This document shows, piece by piece, positions 14,494 to 27,164 of a DNA stretch of 64,000 nucleotides. Position 1 is the stretch's first letter, and each line of letters opens with the position of its first letter. Origin of the DNA: the human T2T-CHM13v2.0 reference genome, Homo sapiens; NCBI RefSeq assembly GCF_009914755.1, contig NC_060939.1. The stretch is one strand, 5' to 3'. The translations under genes and the position numbers were made by a program. The notes under the pieces were generated by a model. The model saw only the letters and a list, made by a program, of their open reading frames with translations. It had not been told where the DNA came from and ran no database searches.

Positions 14494-16047
14494 AGTGGAT
14501 ACAATTATCTTCATATTGTAGATGAAGACCCTGAAGCTTAGATTAAATACCTTGCCCAGAGTCTCATAGGTAGTAGAAAGTAAAGCCAGAAATTGAATCA
14601 AGCAGTTTGACTCCAGAGGCCACAGTTTATGAACCATTGTGCACTGTTGTCTTCCTGTCTCCCTAATCAACAAGGAGAAACAACATTTTCTCCTTTGAGC
14701 TTGTCAAAAATGGTGGTATTATTTAATCACTGTTTGGTGCTAATTTTAAAAATTTTAAGCCATATCAAAAGCTTTTAATATATCAAAATAATGGAATTAG
14801 AAAACTCTTTCTAACATTAATTTACTATTATTTCTTAATGTTTGTAGTAAATCTTCTTAAATATTTGTCTTTAAGAAAATGTTTTAAGGCATATAATTTG
14901 CTTCACTTTATTTTTATTAGCTGTTGAGAAGCCTTGGGTTGTGTTTAACTCTGGAAGTAATGAAGTCGTTAAGCTTCTATTTTCCCCGCAGTTGCAGGCA
15001 CTGTAGCCAGGCTAAGCACAGATGTGTTTGGGTGTCTGTGATTAATCCCTTCCTATTGTAGATTCTGAGAAGGAAAAGGTTTCCTATCAATCCACAAGAA
15101 AAAGGGAAAAGTTATTCTGTGTTTTCTTAGAGTCCTTGGAGAGTTATAGCGATATCTTCCCCAGACTACAAACTTAGTTTAAGGAACATAATATCTCCTA
15201 GCTTTGCTGAATCTGCTTTCCTAGGTAGATTTATTATCAGTGGCCATAACTTGGACATCCATCATGTGACATGTGAAGAGTCTATGAGGGGCTGTGAAAC
15301 GTGATGCTCTAGAAGTCCTGCCCAGAAGTCACTTCCTACAACTCAAAGCAGGAAACAGAGAAAACCCAAGTAGAGTGATCAGAAACATGTATGGAATAAT
15401 TACTAAAAACTTTGTAATCAACCACACCTACCTACATAGTGACACATGAGACATTGGCATGCCAAAATGATGGTGTTTATTGGAATCTGGTAGAATTAGT
15501 CAAGGGATGCATGAGGAAGAAGGCAAGTGTTGAATAACATCTTGAAATAAATGGATATAGTTTAACAAAGTCCTAAAGGGAGAGCATATGGATAGACTGT
15601 TGTGCTGGGAGACATACATCTTTTAGGGTTGAGAGTACAAAGTGTCATCTTAGCTTTGAAGGGCATATAAGGTGTAGACACTTAAGAATCATCTGGTTTA
15701 TTTCTGCCCTTGTATTCATGTTTTTAGAGTCAGAAAGGGCATGTTAACCATTCTTCAGTGTGATTGGTACTAGACTAGGCATGGTTAGGACTAAATGTGT
15801 GACACATAGTTTTGTTCTCAAATTTATAAAACAGTTGAAAAGATTCAGCAAGCTCTTGAAAAATTAACCAATGGCAAAAGATTTAAATAACAGTTTAAGA
15901 CAAATAGGAACAACATCGCAATGTTGTACTCAGGAGATACAATCATGCTAGAGTGATAAGAAGGTAGAATATAAGGTACATTTGAGATATGGCTAGTTGC
16001 AGCTGGATTCTTAACATCTATGTTACACCTTTGTACTAACTGTAAGG

Positions 16048-16845
16048 TATCTTAGTCCATTTATACTGCAGCAACAAAATACCTGAGACTGGATAATTTA
16101 TAAAGACAGAAATTTATTTCTCACAGCTCTGAAGACTGGGAAGTTCAAGAACAAGGCACCAGTAAGATTGATGTCTGGGAGGGCTGCTGTCTGCTTCCAA
16201 GATAGTACCATGTTGCTGCATCCTCTGGAGAGGAGGAACACTGTGTCCTCACATGGCAGAATCAATTGAAGGGCAAGAGAACATCCCTTCAATTTTAAAC
16301 CCTTTTATAAGGGTACTAATCCCACTCATGTGGGCAGAGATCCTTATAACTTAATCACCTCCCAAAGGCCACACTTCCTAATACTGTTTAATATGGTTTG
16401 GATGTTGTCTTCTCTGAATCTTATGTTGAATTCTCATCCCGAATGTTGGAGGTGGAGCCTGGTGGGACGTGTTTGGATCATGGGGGCAGATGCCTCTTGG
16501 CTTGGTGCTGTCCTCACACTAGTGAGTTCTCATAAGCTCTGGTTGCTTAAGTGTGTGGTACCTTCCTCCCACTCTTTCTCTCGTTCTCTGAGACACCTGC
16601 TCCCCCTTCATCTTCTGCTATGAGTAAAAGTTTCCCAAGGCCTCACCAGAAACCAAGCAGTTGCTGGCACCGTTTCCTGTATAGCCTGCAGAACCAATGA
16701 GCCAATTAAACCTCTTTTCTTTATAAATTACTCAGCCTCAGGTATTTTTTTATGGCAATGCAAGAATGGCCTAACACACTGTTGCATTAGGGATTAAGTT
16801 TCAACATAAATTTCGGAGGAGGCACCATGATTCAAACCATAGTAT
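16048..16845 (-). mobile_element. MST/MLT1A-type LTR interrupted by a second LTR
   Basis: Antisense MaLR LTR hallmarks on both sides of the 16389-16778 insert. Confidence 0.7.
16389..16778 (+). mobile_element. MSTB-type solo LTR (nested)
   Basis: aatatggtttggatgt...gagccaattaaacctcttttctttataaattac...cctaacaca; 5-bp TSD ctgtt. Confidence 0.8.
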
Positions 16846-19800
16846 AAAGCGTGTACAGTCTTGCATACCCTACCTTCTTCGTTCTCCCACTGGACTCCCT
16901 GGAATCTTTATACCTGAGAAAAGGAAAGGAAATCTATCAGACAGGTAAAGGGCTTCTAGTGACAGAGGCAAGGAAATGTGCCTCCATCTGTAAAAATTCA
17001 AAGTGAAACAGCATCAAAGTCCAGAAATAAGCAGACAGTCAAAACAGTACCAGTAATAGAAAACAAATTCCTCAAATAAAGAAGCCAATGGCAAACCTAG
17101 GCCCAGAGCACCAAAATGAGGAAAGCTGGCTGGGGTGAAAGGATATCAGCTACATTCTTTTCACCCTAAGTGAATTTCTCAGCAGCTTGCCTCCAAGGCC
17201 CCTGTGGGATTCCAACGATAGTGATAACTGAGTGTCTTGGCAGTGGACTCAAAAGTCCAGAACCTACTTAATATACGTATGTGGATTTCATCAACCATTT
17301 CATTGATAAGAGTAGTAAGTGAAGCCTGATACTTCAATAAAACTAGAATTAAGCTGAATGAAACAAAAAAAAAAATCCACTTCATCAACATTATTCACAC
17401 AAAATGGCAGTATTATGATCCTTGTGCCCATCAAAGGCTGATTTTCATCATCTTATTGAGAATGCCCATATTTTGTCAGAGCACACCTTCTGACTTCAGG
17501 TTTCTATGGCATTCAAGTTTTATTTGGCATATTTCATGAAAAAGCTACATAGACCCAAACTCTAGACACATGGGCAAAATCTTAGCACAATTCTGCGATT
17601 AAATACTGGCCTTCAAAATATCTGGGCTACTACTGCACCATCCACCCTGCATGGTTTCATGGCTTTGAATTCCACGTATACACTGATGATCCCCAGATGT
17701 ACTTTGCCAGCTTTGTCCTCTTCCCTGAGCCCCAGACTTGTATATCTTGGTTATCTACCTGGTATTTCTACTTGAAGGTTTAATACGCATCTTAAATTTT
17801 GTACATCTTAAAGCTGAGTATGTAATTACCACCCAAAACCCGTTCTTCCCCGAGGATTCTCCATCTCCTTAACTAGCTCCACCAACTTTTCAGATACTCA
17901 GACTAAGTCTAGACAGCATCCTTGAATCAACTTTTTTCCTTATTCCCACATCCAGTCCATCACCAAGTTCTGTTGATTCAGCATCTAAAAGATATCTGAA
18001 ATCTATCTTCTCTCCATCTCCACTGGCCACTTTCTACTCCAAGTTGTTATTATCTTATACCTGGGCCACTCTAAGTTGTGTAGGAGGAACTGAATTCCCT
18101 CCTTCTACTCTCTTATATTGGCCTGCATCTGCTACATAATAACTTCATAATCTCAAAGGCATAAAATAATAAGCATTTATTTCTTACATATCTGCAAGGT
18201 GGTGGGAAAGCTCTGCTGCAGGTCCACAGGTCTGCGGGGGTGGCTCTGTTCCACTAGTCTCATTCTGGAGTTCAAGCTTGACTGTCCTGGTTACTGCTTG
18301 TCTGCTGTCTCTAGGTCAGTTACTAGCATGTAGTGTGGACTCAATGGATAGTTGAATTCATTAATAAATGGGCAAACAATTCCTGGTTTGTTCTCTGTGC
18401 TATCACAGTGGCTCTTAGACATATCTCCAGTCCATCCCTTCCCAGGCTGGAAGGCCCTAAAAAGAAGATGGTATGTCCTTACTATTTGGAATCACTTAGT
18501 TCATACAAGTTGCCTGGCACCCTATCAAAGATGGCATTTAGCAAATAGAGGTGTTGGATCCTGGCCATTACCCTGCCCCTGTGATTCTCTAAATTAATTA
18601 AATGAGTGTCAGTACATTCATTCATGCTGAAGCCCCGTGTTCTCTCTTACTGAGGTGGGACTTGATTGGGAATATGTTTCTTTTCTTTAGGACTAATTGA
18701 AATCTGAGGTAGTAGATGATGCAGGCTCTTGTAAACAGAGGCTGATAATTGCCTGGGATAATGGAACAATGGGTAGCCACCTTTGGTTTTCCATCCAGTC
18801 ATTCCAAGTCTCTGCCTTGAGTCTCAATAAAGTCTATTGACTTATTGAAGAAATATATTTTTTGAATGTTTGTGATATGCCAGATGTTAGCAAGACCCTT
18901 GAGCACACAGTGTTAGATAATTCAGACACAAGGCCCTGTTCTCATGGCATGTACAGTCTAATGGGGAAAGCAGGCACAAAGGAAGAGGACAGGGTGTTTG
19001 AGAGGAACAGGTCCTCTGGGGTTCCCATGTTTAAGCTCCTCCTGAAGGATGAAATGGAGTTACCTAAGTTGAGGGTTTACATCAAAAGAATGGGAAGAAA
19101 AACAGTGTTCCAGACAATGGAACTTTAAAACAGGAACTAGAGTTAGAACACAGAGAGTGAGAAAAGTGATGGGCTGAAGGTTAAATAATTATTTCCCTGC
19201 TAACTGTCCCTGTGGTGGGTATGACTGTTTTACCAGGGTAAAATGGGGAGAATCATTTCCATTTCCATCCAACTATTCAGGAACATCGAAAAGAAAACAG
19301 TAACATGAAGACAGTGTTGAAGCCTTTGAAGAAAGGCACTGTGAACATTCATGCTGTTATTAAGCTCATTATTCATATTAGAACTCAAGCAGAAAGCATT
19401 GTTGCAAGCCCTTGGGCAAAACTAGTTTACCTCAAGTCTCTCTCTCTCCCCCTTGAAAAATGCCCTCAAGGTCAATATCTAGCTTTACCACAATGGATTT
19501 GGTTAGCAGTGAAGCTTGCTGAGCTACAGGTAATTAGGAAGAGACTGTCTCTCCCTCCTAATCATGCCATCCTCTTTGCCTTGGGAAGCCTTTGGAAATT
19601 CTTTTCCTTGGTCCCCTGTCTAATTAGCAGCAATGGTTGCACTTCAGCTCCTTCGTCTTAGAGCGTGCTCTGCATTCTCCACAGATGTCCACAATTCAGT
19701 AATCAAGGGCCGGCTTCCTGGGTCACTTGCAGGAGCAGACCCAATTAGTTCAGTTCTGAAGGCCTGAGACTCATAAAATAAGGTTAATTGGGCAAATGAA

Positions 19801-21071
19801 TTTCAATCGCAAGCTCAACGTAGAACTCACAGTCTGATTTTTCAACTTCTGCATATTGTGGTTTTATATCCCACCAACTTCGTGATGCCAATCACTGTGG
19901 GAAAGGCTAAGTTGAATTCAACATGCTGGTAAAATCGGTGGCTGACCCACAAGCATTTCCACCAGGTAACTGAAAGAATTATAGTATTCAAATAAGCTTG
20001 ATTAACAGAGTTGGGTTTTTTCCTCCATTTTTTTATATTTAAAATTTCAATGTTTTAGCTTTATTATTCTTGTAGTGAGAAATTACAACTGAGAGGGCTG
20101 ATGTATGTGCTACCTGATAAGTACTGGAGGCCAAAACCATTCGAAAGTAGTGAACTGTGAGATACGTCCATGTCTGAGACCACTGGCTTTTAGAAATGTA
20201 GATTCTCCTGGGGCTTTTCTGTAAGTATCCCTCCTGTGAGTAAACTGTATTAGGTATAAATGGTAGGTTCAACTGATAGGAGAGCATGGGCATAGCACTT
20301 GACATCATACCCTTCTCTGGTCTTCTACAAACTGTACAATGTCTTTCAACCTCTCCTTGGTTTCTCTTTTTCCAGAATATGTTGATTCCTTCCACCATCC
20401 CATTATTATGATAATTTTACCCTTTTAGTATCTCCTGAGAATTTTCTTCACATGGATTCTGGTTTAATAAAAACTGATTGTTTTTTAGTGTGTGATACAT
20501 TGGATAGAACTTGAAGACAAACTTCTTTACAAAAATTTTAGACTCTTGAAGGATTGAGCTATAAAACCGTGAATGGAAGCTGATTAGCTGTTTAAATTCA
20601 GTCTAATAAATTTTTTTCTGGATTGAGCTACGCAACTCTAAAACTTAGAGTGGTACATGCTTACAATCTTGGATTTTGCCCACAGTGCAAAAGCTTGAGT
20701 GATAAAAGAGGATGTCAGCAAGCCAAGCTCTAGGACTGGACTACACCTGTGGTCTGAGGTAGACTCTTCAGGGCTGTGAGACACATTCGGTATGTTCAAG
20801 ATTGAGTTTGGTGTGAGAGGTGAGCCTGAGTTAATTACAGGCATTCGGACAGCAAGCTCAGCTGCCACCCCACCCCATCCCCATTCCTCTGAGCATCATG
20901 GGAGAAATCTCTGCATCTGAGTTAGACTAATAGAGTCACTCTAAAACTAGATGGAGCATGCATATCTGAAAAGGGGAAAGATCCAGTGAGATTGTGCAGT
21001 GTGTGTATTCACACAGTGATGAGCTAAAGAGCTGGAACAAGAAGATTTTCTGGGTTCTCATTCAGATGCTC

Positions 21072-21377
21072 TGCCAGGGTGTGGTGGCTCACGCCTGTAA
21101 TCCCAGCACTTTGGGAGGCCAAAGCAGGAGGATTGCTTGAGTCCGGGAGTTTGAGGCCAGCCTGGGCAACATGGTGAAACCCTGTCTTTACAAAAAAGTA
21201 CAACAACAACAAAAATTAGCCAGTTGTGGTAGCATGTGCCTGTAGTCTCAGCTACTCAAGAGGCCGAGGTGGGAGGATCACTTGAACCCTAGAGGGTGAG
21301 GCTGCACTGAGCTGAGATCATGCCACTGTACTCCAGCCTGGGTGACAGAGCCAGACCCTGTCTCTTAAAAAAAAAAA
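21072..21377 (+). mobile_element. AluJ-like
   Basis: Dimeric Alu; gggaggatcacttga in the right arm. Confidence 0.9.
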
Positions 21378-21434
21378 TGCTTTACTCACAACACTTCTAA
21401 GTTGATTCATAAAATGTTGTATTAAATAGAACTT

Positions 21435-21972
21435 AAACTGCTAAAATTGTTTCAAAATATGTCTATAAATTCTTTGATGCTCCTCCCTCCAAAATACAGA
21501 GCCTAATTCTCCCTTTACATGTAAGCTGGACTTAGTGACTCACTTCTAATGAATAGGATATGACTAAGTAACAATAAATGACCAGGTTATTAAAGGCAGC
21601 TTGGCTTCCGCTTTACTGTCCTTCTGGATAAGTTGTTCTGTGGGAAGCCAGCTGCCACATCATGAGAACACTCAAGCAGCCCTATGGGGAGGTCAACATG
21701 GTGAGAAACTGAGGCCTCCACCCAACATCCAGTATGCAACTGAGGCCTCTTGCCAACAGCTGTGTGAGTGAACGTGGAAACTGATGCTCCGGTCCCAGAC
21801 AGGCCTTCGGAAGACGGCAGCTGCCACCTCATGGGAGATCCCAAGGCAGGACCACCTAGCTTAGCGACTTCAAAATCCCTGACCGATACAAATACTGCAA
21901 GATAACAAATATTTATTGTTCTAGCCTGCCAATATTTTGAGGGAATTTTTTGCACGAGAATAAATAATACAA
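21435..21972 (+). mobile_element. MLT1F/G-type LTR
   Basis: ggacttagtgactcacttctaa...gggaagccagctgccacatcatgag...aataaataataca; boundaries approximate. Confidence 0.7.
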
Positions 21973-22982
21973 CAGCTTATCACATTGTAACCTCGATTAT
22001 CGCTCAGTTCTCCAAGAAATACCTAGGGTATTTCTGTAGAAAAGTTTTTCTTCAAGCTTCCAGTACATAACATCAAAGTCTTGCCTTTGAGTATTGAGTT
22101 CAGGGATAAATTCTCAGACACAAATGAGGTACCTCTTATGATTTTGTAGAGTTTTTCTTTAGGCTTTAGCTAACACAACATGAAAAAAAGTCTTGCTCTT
22201 GAGTCTTGGCTCAGAGATGAATTCTCAGATACAAATTAGGATTTCATCTGAGACAGAGTTTTTTTTTTATTAAGTTGTTCGAACAAGCTACCAACCCACT
22301 TTTGAATATATGTATTGGCTCTAAGAAAGAATGGCTATCCCTAAGTGTCCAGTTCTACCACTTAATCACTTTATCAGGAAATGAGACCCTATCTTCATTA
22401 TCTATGGTTCATCCAAAAACAAATGCCACAGAATACAATTCTCTAACCTCTGCCTTCCCACAGAACAAGTTTAGGAATAACCAATAAAACTTTACCAAGG
22501 AGATTCTTCATCTGGATACATGATTCCAGAAATGACCTGAAGTCCCTCCATACAAACCTGGCTGTCCTAGGTTAGGTATTAGACTCTGTGAGAGTATTAG
22601 GGTAACAGAGTCAGAAGCTGATATGTCACTTCCCCAAACGTTAATTGAAGCACACCAGCTTGAGTAACCATCTGCCTTCCTTTCAAGGAAGGAAGCAGAT
22701 TTGCATGCCCTCATTGAGGTAATCAAGATGTAAAGTCCTTCTGTTCTCTGAGTCACTTGTGAATGAATCAGTATTCCATGGTAGACTCAGTAGTTTATTA
22801 ACTGCCCTCTGAGGACCTAAATATATGGAAATAATCTCTACAGTACAAAATCCTGAGCCGAAGAGTAAAAACCTGCTCTGTAATGGTGGATCTTAATACT
22901 TTAAACAAACAGATCCTGACCCAATTTATCAAAGCCACCTTTTTCTCCATCAGTGTCAACTCCTAATCTCAAGAGTAGATGA

Positions 22983-23094
22983 GGCTGGTTCAAGTGCAGT
23001 GAGTGGGGTTTATAACTAACTGACCACAATCAGTTACAGATGCCTTAGTTCCTTCTCCACTCCCACTGCCCACTTGACTGGCCTAAACCAAAAA
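22983..23094 (+). pseudogene. Y3 RNA (RNY3-like) retropseudogene
   Basis: ggctggttcaagtgcagtg...cagttacaga...ttccttctccactcccactgc...cacttgactggcct resembles hY3 end to end; A-rich tail; TSD agagtagatga (22972-22982) / agagtaggtga (23096-23106). Confidence 0.9.
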
Positions 23095-23205
23095 CAGAGT
23101 AGGTGATAAGCTGAACAAAATACTGTTCTCCCAGCCTCATCAACTAGAAATAAATTCTGGGGTTGTCCTTTTCATTGAGAAGGAAACAGTGCCTGTCTTC
23201 CTTAG

Positions 23206-23386
23206 GTGAGAGTGTGGAAGAAAACGCCAGCGTTGTGGTCAAGCTGCTCATCAGACGCCCAGAGTGCTTCGGCCCGGCCCTGCGGGGTGAGGGGGGAAAC
23301 GGGCTCTTGGCAGCCATGCAGGGTGCCATTAAGATCTCTGAGAACCCAGCGCTCGACCTCCCCTCTCAAGGATACAAAAGAGAAGT
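23206..23386 (+). CDS. RYR3: RYR3 exon C ([59 protein letters not shown])
   Basis: ccttag acceptor; AGT|gtaagt donor; 181 nt. Confidence 0.95.
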
Positions 23387-24555
23387 GTAAGTGAATGGAA
23401 TTCCCTTCCGGCACAGATACGGTTGGTGAGCTCTCAGATATTATTGGTATACGGATGATTTAGGAGGTAATAGAGAAAGCACATGTTCTTAACAGTTACA
23501 GCTAAAACATTGACCCTTCATCGAGAACAGTGTTGTCTTAACTCTCCCAGTAAGGCTAGTGATCAGCATCACCTTCACCCCCTTCCATTTTCTCTACTCT
23601 GCTCAGCGCAGCTGGAAATCACAAAGTGGGCAAACTCTTGGCCTCCCTATAGTATCACCATGGGGTAGGAAGCTAAAGGTCTGGACCAAGGTTGTACTCC
23701 TTGTCTAACTTCAGCATGTTTCCTTCAGTATTTTGTCCCACGGTGTCTCGTCCCATACCTCATTTGTAAAAACAGATAGTGCTTCCACTTCCTCTTCTGA
23801 AAGCATGAGGACTAATTAAGAAAGTGTTTCGATTTGACTTCTAAAAATAAATAAATAAATAAATAAACCAGCTGCAAAATGTGAAAAGTCGCAGCACTGT
23901 AATGTTGTTATTTAAATGTTAAGGATATAGTTGGTAGATTGTCTGATTGTCTTACTTTCCCTTTATCAAGTCTCATGATCATGTCCCTTTCTTTATCACA
24001 GCCTTTAGGTTAGACCGTAGAATCTAGAGAGTGGGCATAACCCAGCAGCAGAAACTCTTTAGACGGTTGGCTTTTTTCTTTGTCATCAGACCTGGTAGAG
24101 CTGGAAAGGACCCTACACATACGCTTTCGCCACTTCCTCAAGCAACATGAGAAAAAAACTGAGGCCCAAGGTCATATAGCTTATTAGCAACAGAGCCAGG
24201 ACAGGGACTGAGCCCTCCTGACTCTTGGTCCAATGTGTTTTCCATGTATCTTCCCCTCACAGAGAGGAAAAGGGAATGAATGGTTGGTAGGAGTTATGGT
24301 CTGATGATCAGCTCATGTCGGTACTCATGCCTTAAGATTCATGGAATCCTGTGAATGTCATGGACAAAAATTTGGGTTCCTTGAGCTTAATGAATGAAAC
24401 CACTTTGTCAACTTCTAGAGGAAGACGAGGTTCCAAGGGAAAGGATGTATGATATGCAAGAAGAGCAGAGTGCTTCCATATCAAGCAGCTTATGTCTCGC
24501 AGCATGGCAGTGCCTGCCAACCTTCCTCACACCTCCCCTCTGTTGGTTCTCTCAG

Positions 24556-24667
24556 CAGCACGGAGGACGATGAAGAGGAAGAAGAAATCGTGCATATGGG
24601 CAATGCAATTATGTCATTTTATTCGGCCCTTATAGATCTACTGGGCCGCTGTGCTCCTGAAATGCAC
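24556..24667 (+). CDS. RYR3: RYR3 exon D ([37 protein letters not shown])
   Basis: ctcag|CAG tandem acceptor; CAC|gtaagt donor; 112 nt. Confidence 0.94.
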
Positions 24668-25643
24668 GTAAGTGATACAGCTTCCAGAGAACAGCTTTGA
24701 GAAACCTATGCCAAGAACACTATAGATTTCCTGAACCTCATTTCTTCCTCTGTCTCTGGCATTTGCTAACATGCCTTTTTCTAGGTCCCTTTTAGCTAGT
24801 TTCAAAAGTAGTTTCCACCTCTGATACGTGACTCTGCTGCTTTCTAGGGAGGGACTCCCGGGCAGATCCCTGTCTTGTGTGATTTCTCTGTGGCACTAGT
24901 TGAGCATGTCCTCTGCACAGTTTATTTCAAAAGCCTCCCATTTGACATGCCTCAATTTGGTCAAAATGGGAGCAACTTGATTCTGGATCATGGCCATCAG
25001 GATGCTCCATGTAGAAGATCCCTTTCCTGATGACTGTGGCGTTAGGCCCCAGGAAGGCAGACTCTTCCTGTGGTTGGTGTTTGAATTTTTCCCCCAGAGG
25101 TAGAGTTTGCAAACATCACAAAAGGATGGTTCTATTTTATGAGATGTCTTCTCAGACTTCTAGTTTTGAACTAGAAAGTATGTTCTTTTCTTTTTTCACC
25201 TCTACTGAGGGCTGAAAGAATAAGCCTTATTTCATATAAGGTCTGACATCATAAGAGAGGAAATAGCTGCTTTTCCTATGAAAAGCAACTCTAAATCTTG
25301 ATAAGGGAGGCTGATCTGAATTCCTAGGATTCCAATTCCTACTGTGATAAAGGACCCTTACCCACTTAGGCCTGTTTTTCCATTTCTGTGCCTTTAAGTA
25401 AATGCAGGAAACCTGGAAGGGAGCCCAGAAAACACTAAGGTGTTCTACAGTCTTGGCGGGGGTGGAGAGGGTCAGAGACCCCTGTGTGTTCACACTCTAG
25501 CTTTCCTGATCACCTCTCATCACATCAGAAAGCACATTATAGTTTGCTGCTTCTCAAGAAGGCAGCATGGGATAGCTCAGTCACCAGAGCCCCATCTGCG
25601 GTGCCCCATTCTTCCTTCCTTACTGCCTCTCTGCTCCAACACC

Positions 25644-25645
<2 letters not shown>

Positions 25646-25686
<41 letters not shown>
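25646..25686. repeat. (CA)n microsatellite, about 20 units
   Basis: Seen directly. Confidence 0.95.
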
Positions 25687-25692
<6 letters not shown>

Positions 25693-26160
25693 CATCCCTT
25701 CTTAGGACCCCTCCTGTGGGTCCTGCCCTATCAGTGGTGAGGGAAGGATGCCATCATCACCAACCACCTCTTCTCTACCCTTGGAGATGGAGGCGGCACC
25801 AGGGTGCGTGGGCGGGCCTTCTCCTTTCCCTGGTGGCACCAAGCATCGTATCTCAGCATACCATCCAGCCCACCTGGGGACAGTCTGACCCTATGACATT
25901 CAGTTCCCAGCTGAACGCCTACTACACCCCGCCAGAGACTGCCTGTGCAGGGGGATATGCATGCACACCATTGTACGTGCTGGTTGGCCCATCAGTGTCA
26001 GGGTGGATCGGGCTACTCAAGCCGGGATAACTCCGCTGAGCCCCTCAAGTTCTCTCTGACATTCTCTATACCCTTTTTGCCCAGTCATCATCCCCAGCAT
26101 TAATCAAACTCTTAGAAATTGAAATTCATAAGCCATTTCTATGTTTAACAGATTTCTAGA

Positions 26161-26566
<406 letters not shown>

Positions 26567-26877
26567 TCACATTGAGAAGCCACCAGCAGGCCGTGTAGTT
26601 ATTCCTGGGGCCTGATACCACAACCTCATGGCCACTTTAATAACAGCAAAGGAATCAAGCAATGTCTTTAGTCAGTTATTTCATCAGTAGCACTCTTCTG
26701 GAAAATCAAGATGCCACTCTCCTCTTTCCCTGTGGCCACAAGTGTCTGTAGCAATTAGGGAAACATAGAAATGGACCCCTGCCCTTAAGCCGTTTTACTG
26801 CCAGAGGTTTGGAGGTGGGGTGGAGGGAGGTGTGGGAACCTCACTTATCTAATGTCATTCTCAACCCTATCTTCCAG

Positions 26878-26998
26878 CTCATCCAGACAGGAAAGGGGGA
26901 AGCCATCCGCATCAGGTCCATCCTGCGCTCCCTGGTCCCCACAGAAGACCTGGTTGGGATCATCAGCATCCCCTTGAAACTGCCCTCCCTCAACAAAG
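26878..26998 (+). CDS. RYR3: RYR3 exon E (LIQTGKGEAIRIRSILRSLVPTEDLVGIISIPLKLPSLNK)
   Basis: cttccag acceptor; AAG|gtaagg donor; 121 nt. Confidence 0.95.
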
Positions 26999-27164
26999 GT
27001 AAGGGGAGTGACTGCAGGCTGCAGCAGCAGTCTCCCAGCAGCCACTGGCTCGGGGCAGGACTCTGTCCCCAGCACAGTGGCCCCCAGGCCCTGACTTGCA
27101 GGGCGGGCTGCACAGGGCAAGTGTCTCACTCTTTTTCCTGTGATGAGTTTTCTCCTCTAGGCTC

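Noticed and set aside
22075-22240. Degenerate direct repeat of about 50 bp
   Set aside because: Old, diverged local duplication with no functional signal
25440-26030. 196-aa ORF
   Set aside because: Non-ATG start, runs through a (CA)n repeat (HTHT), no recognisable domain
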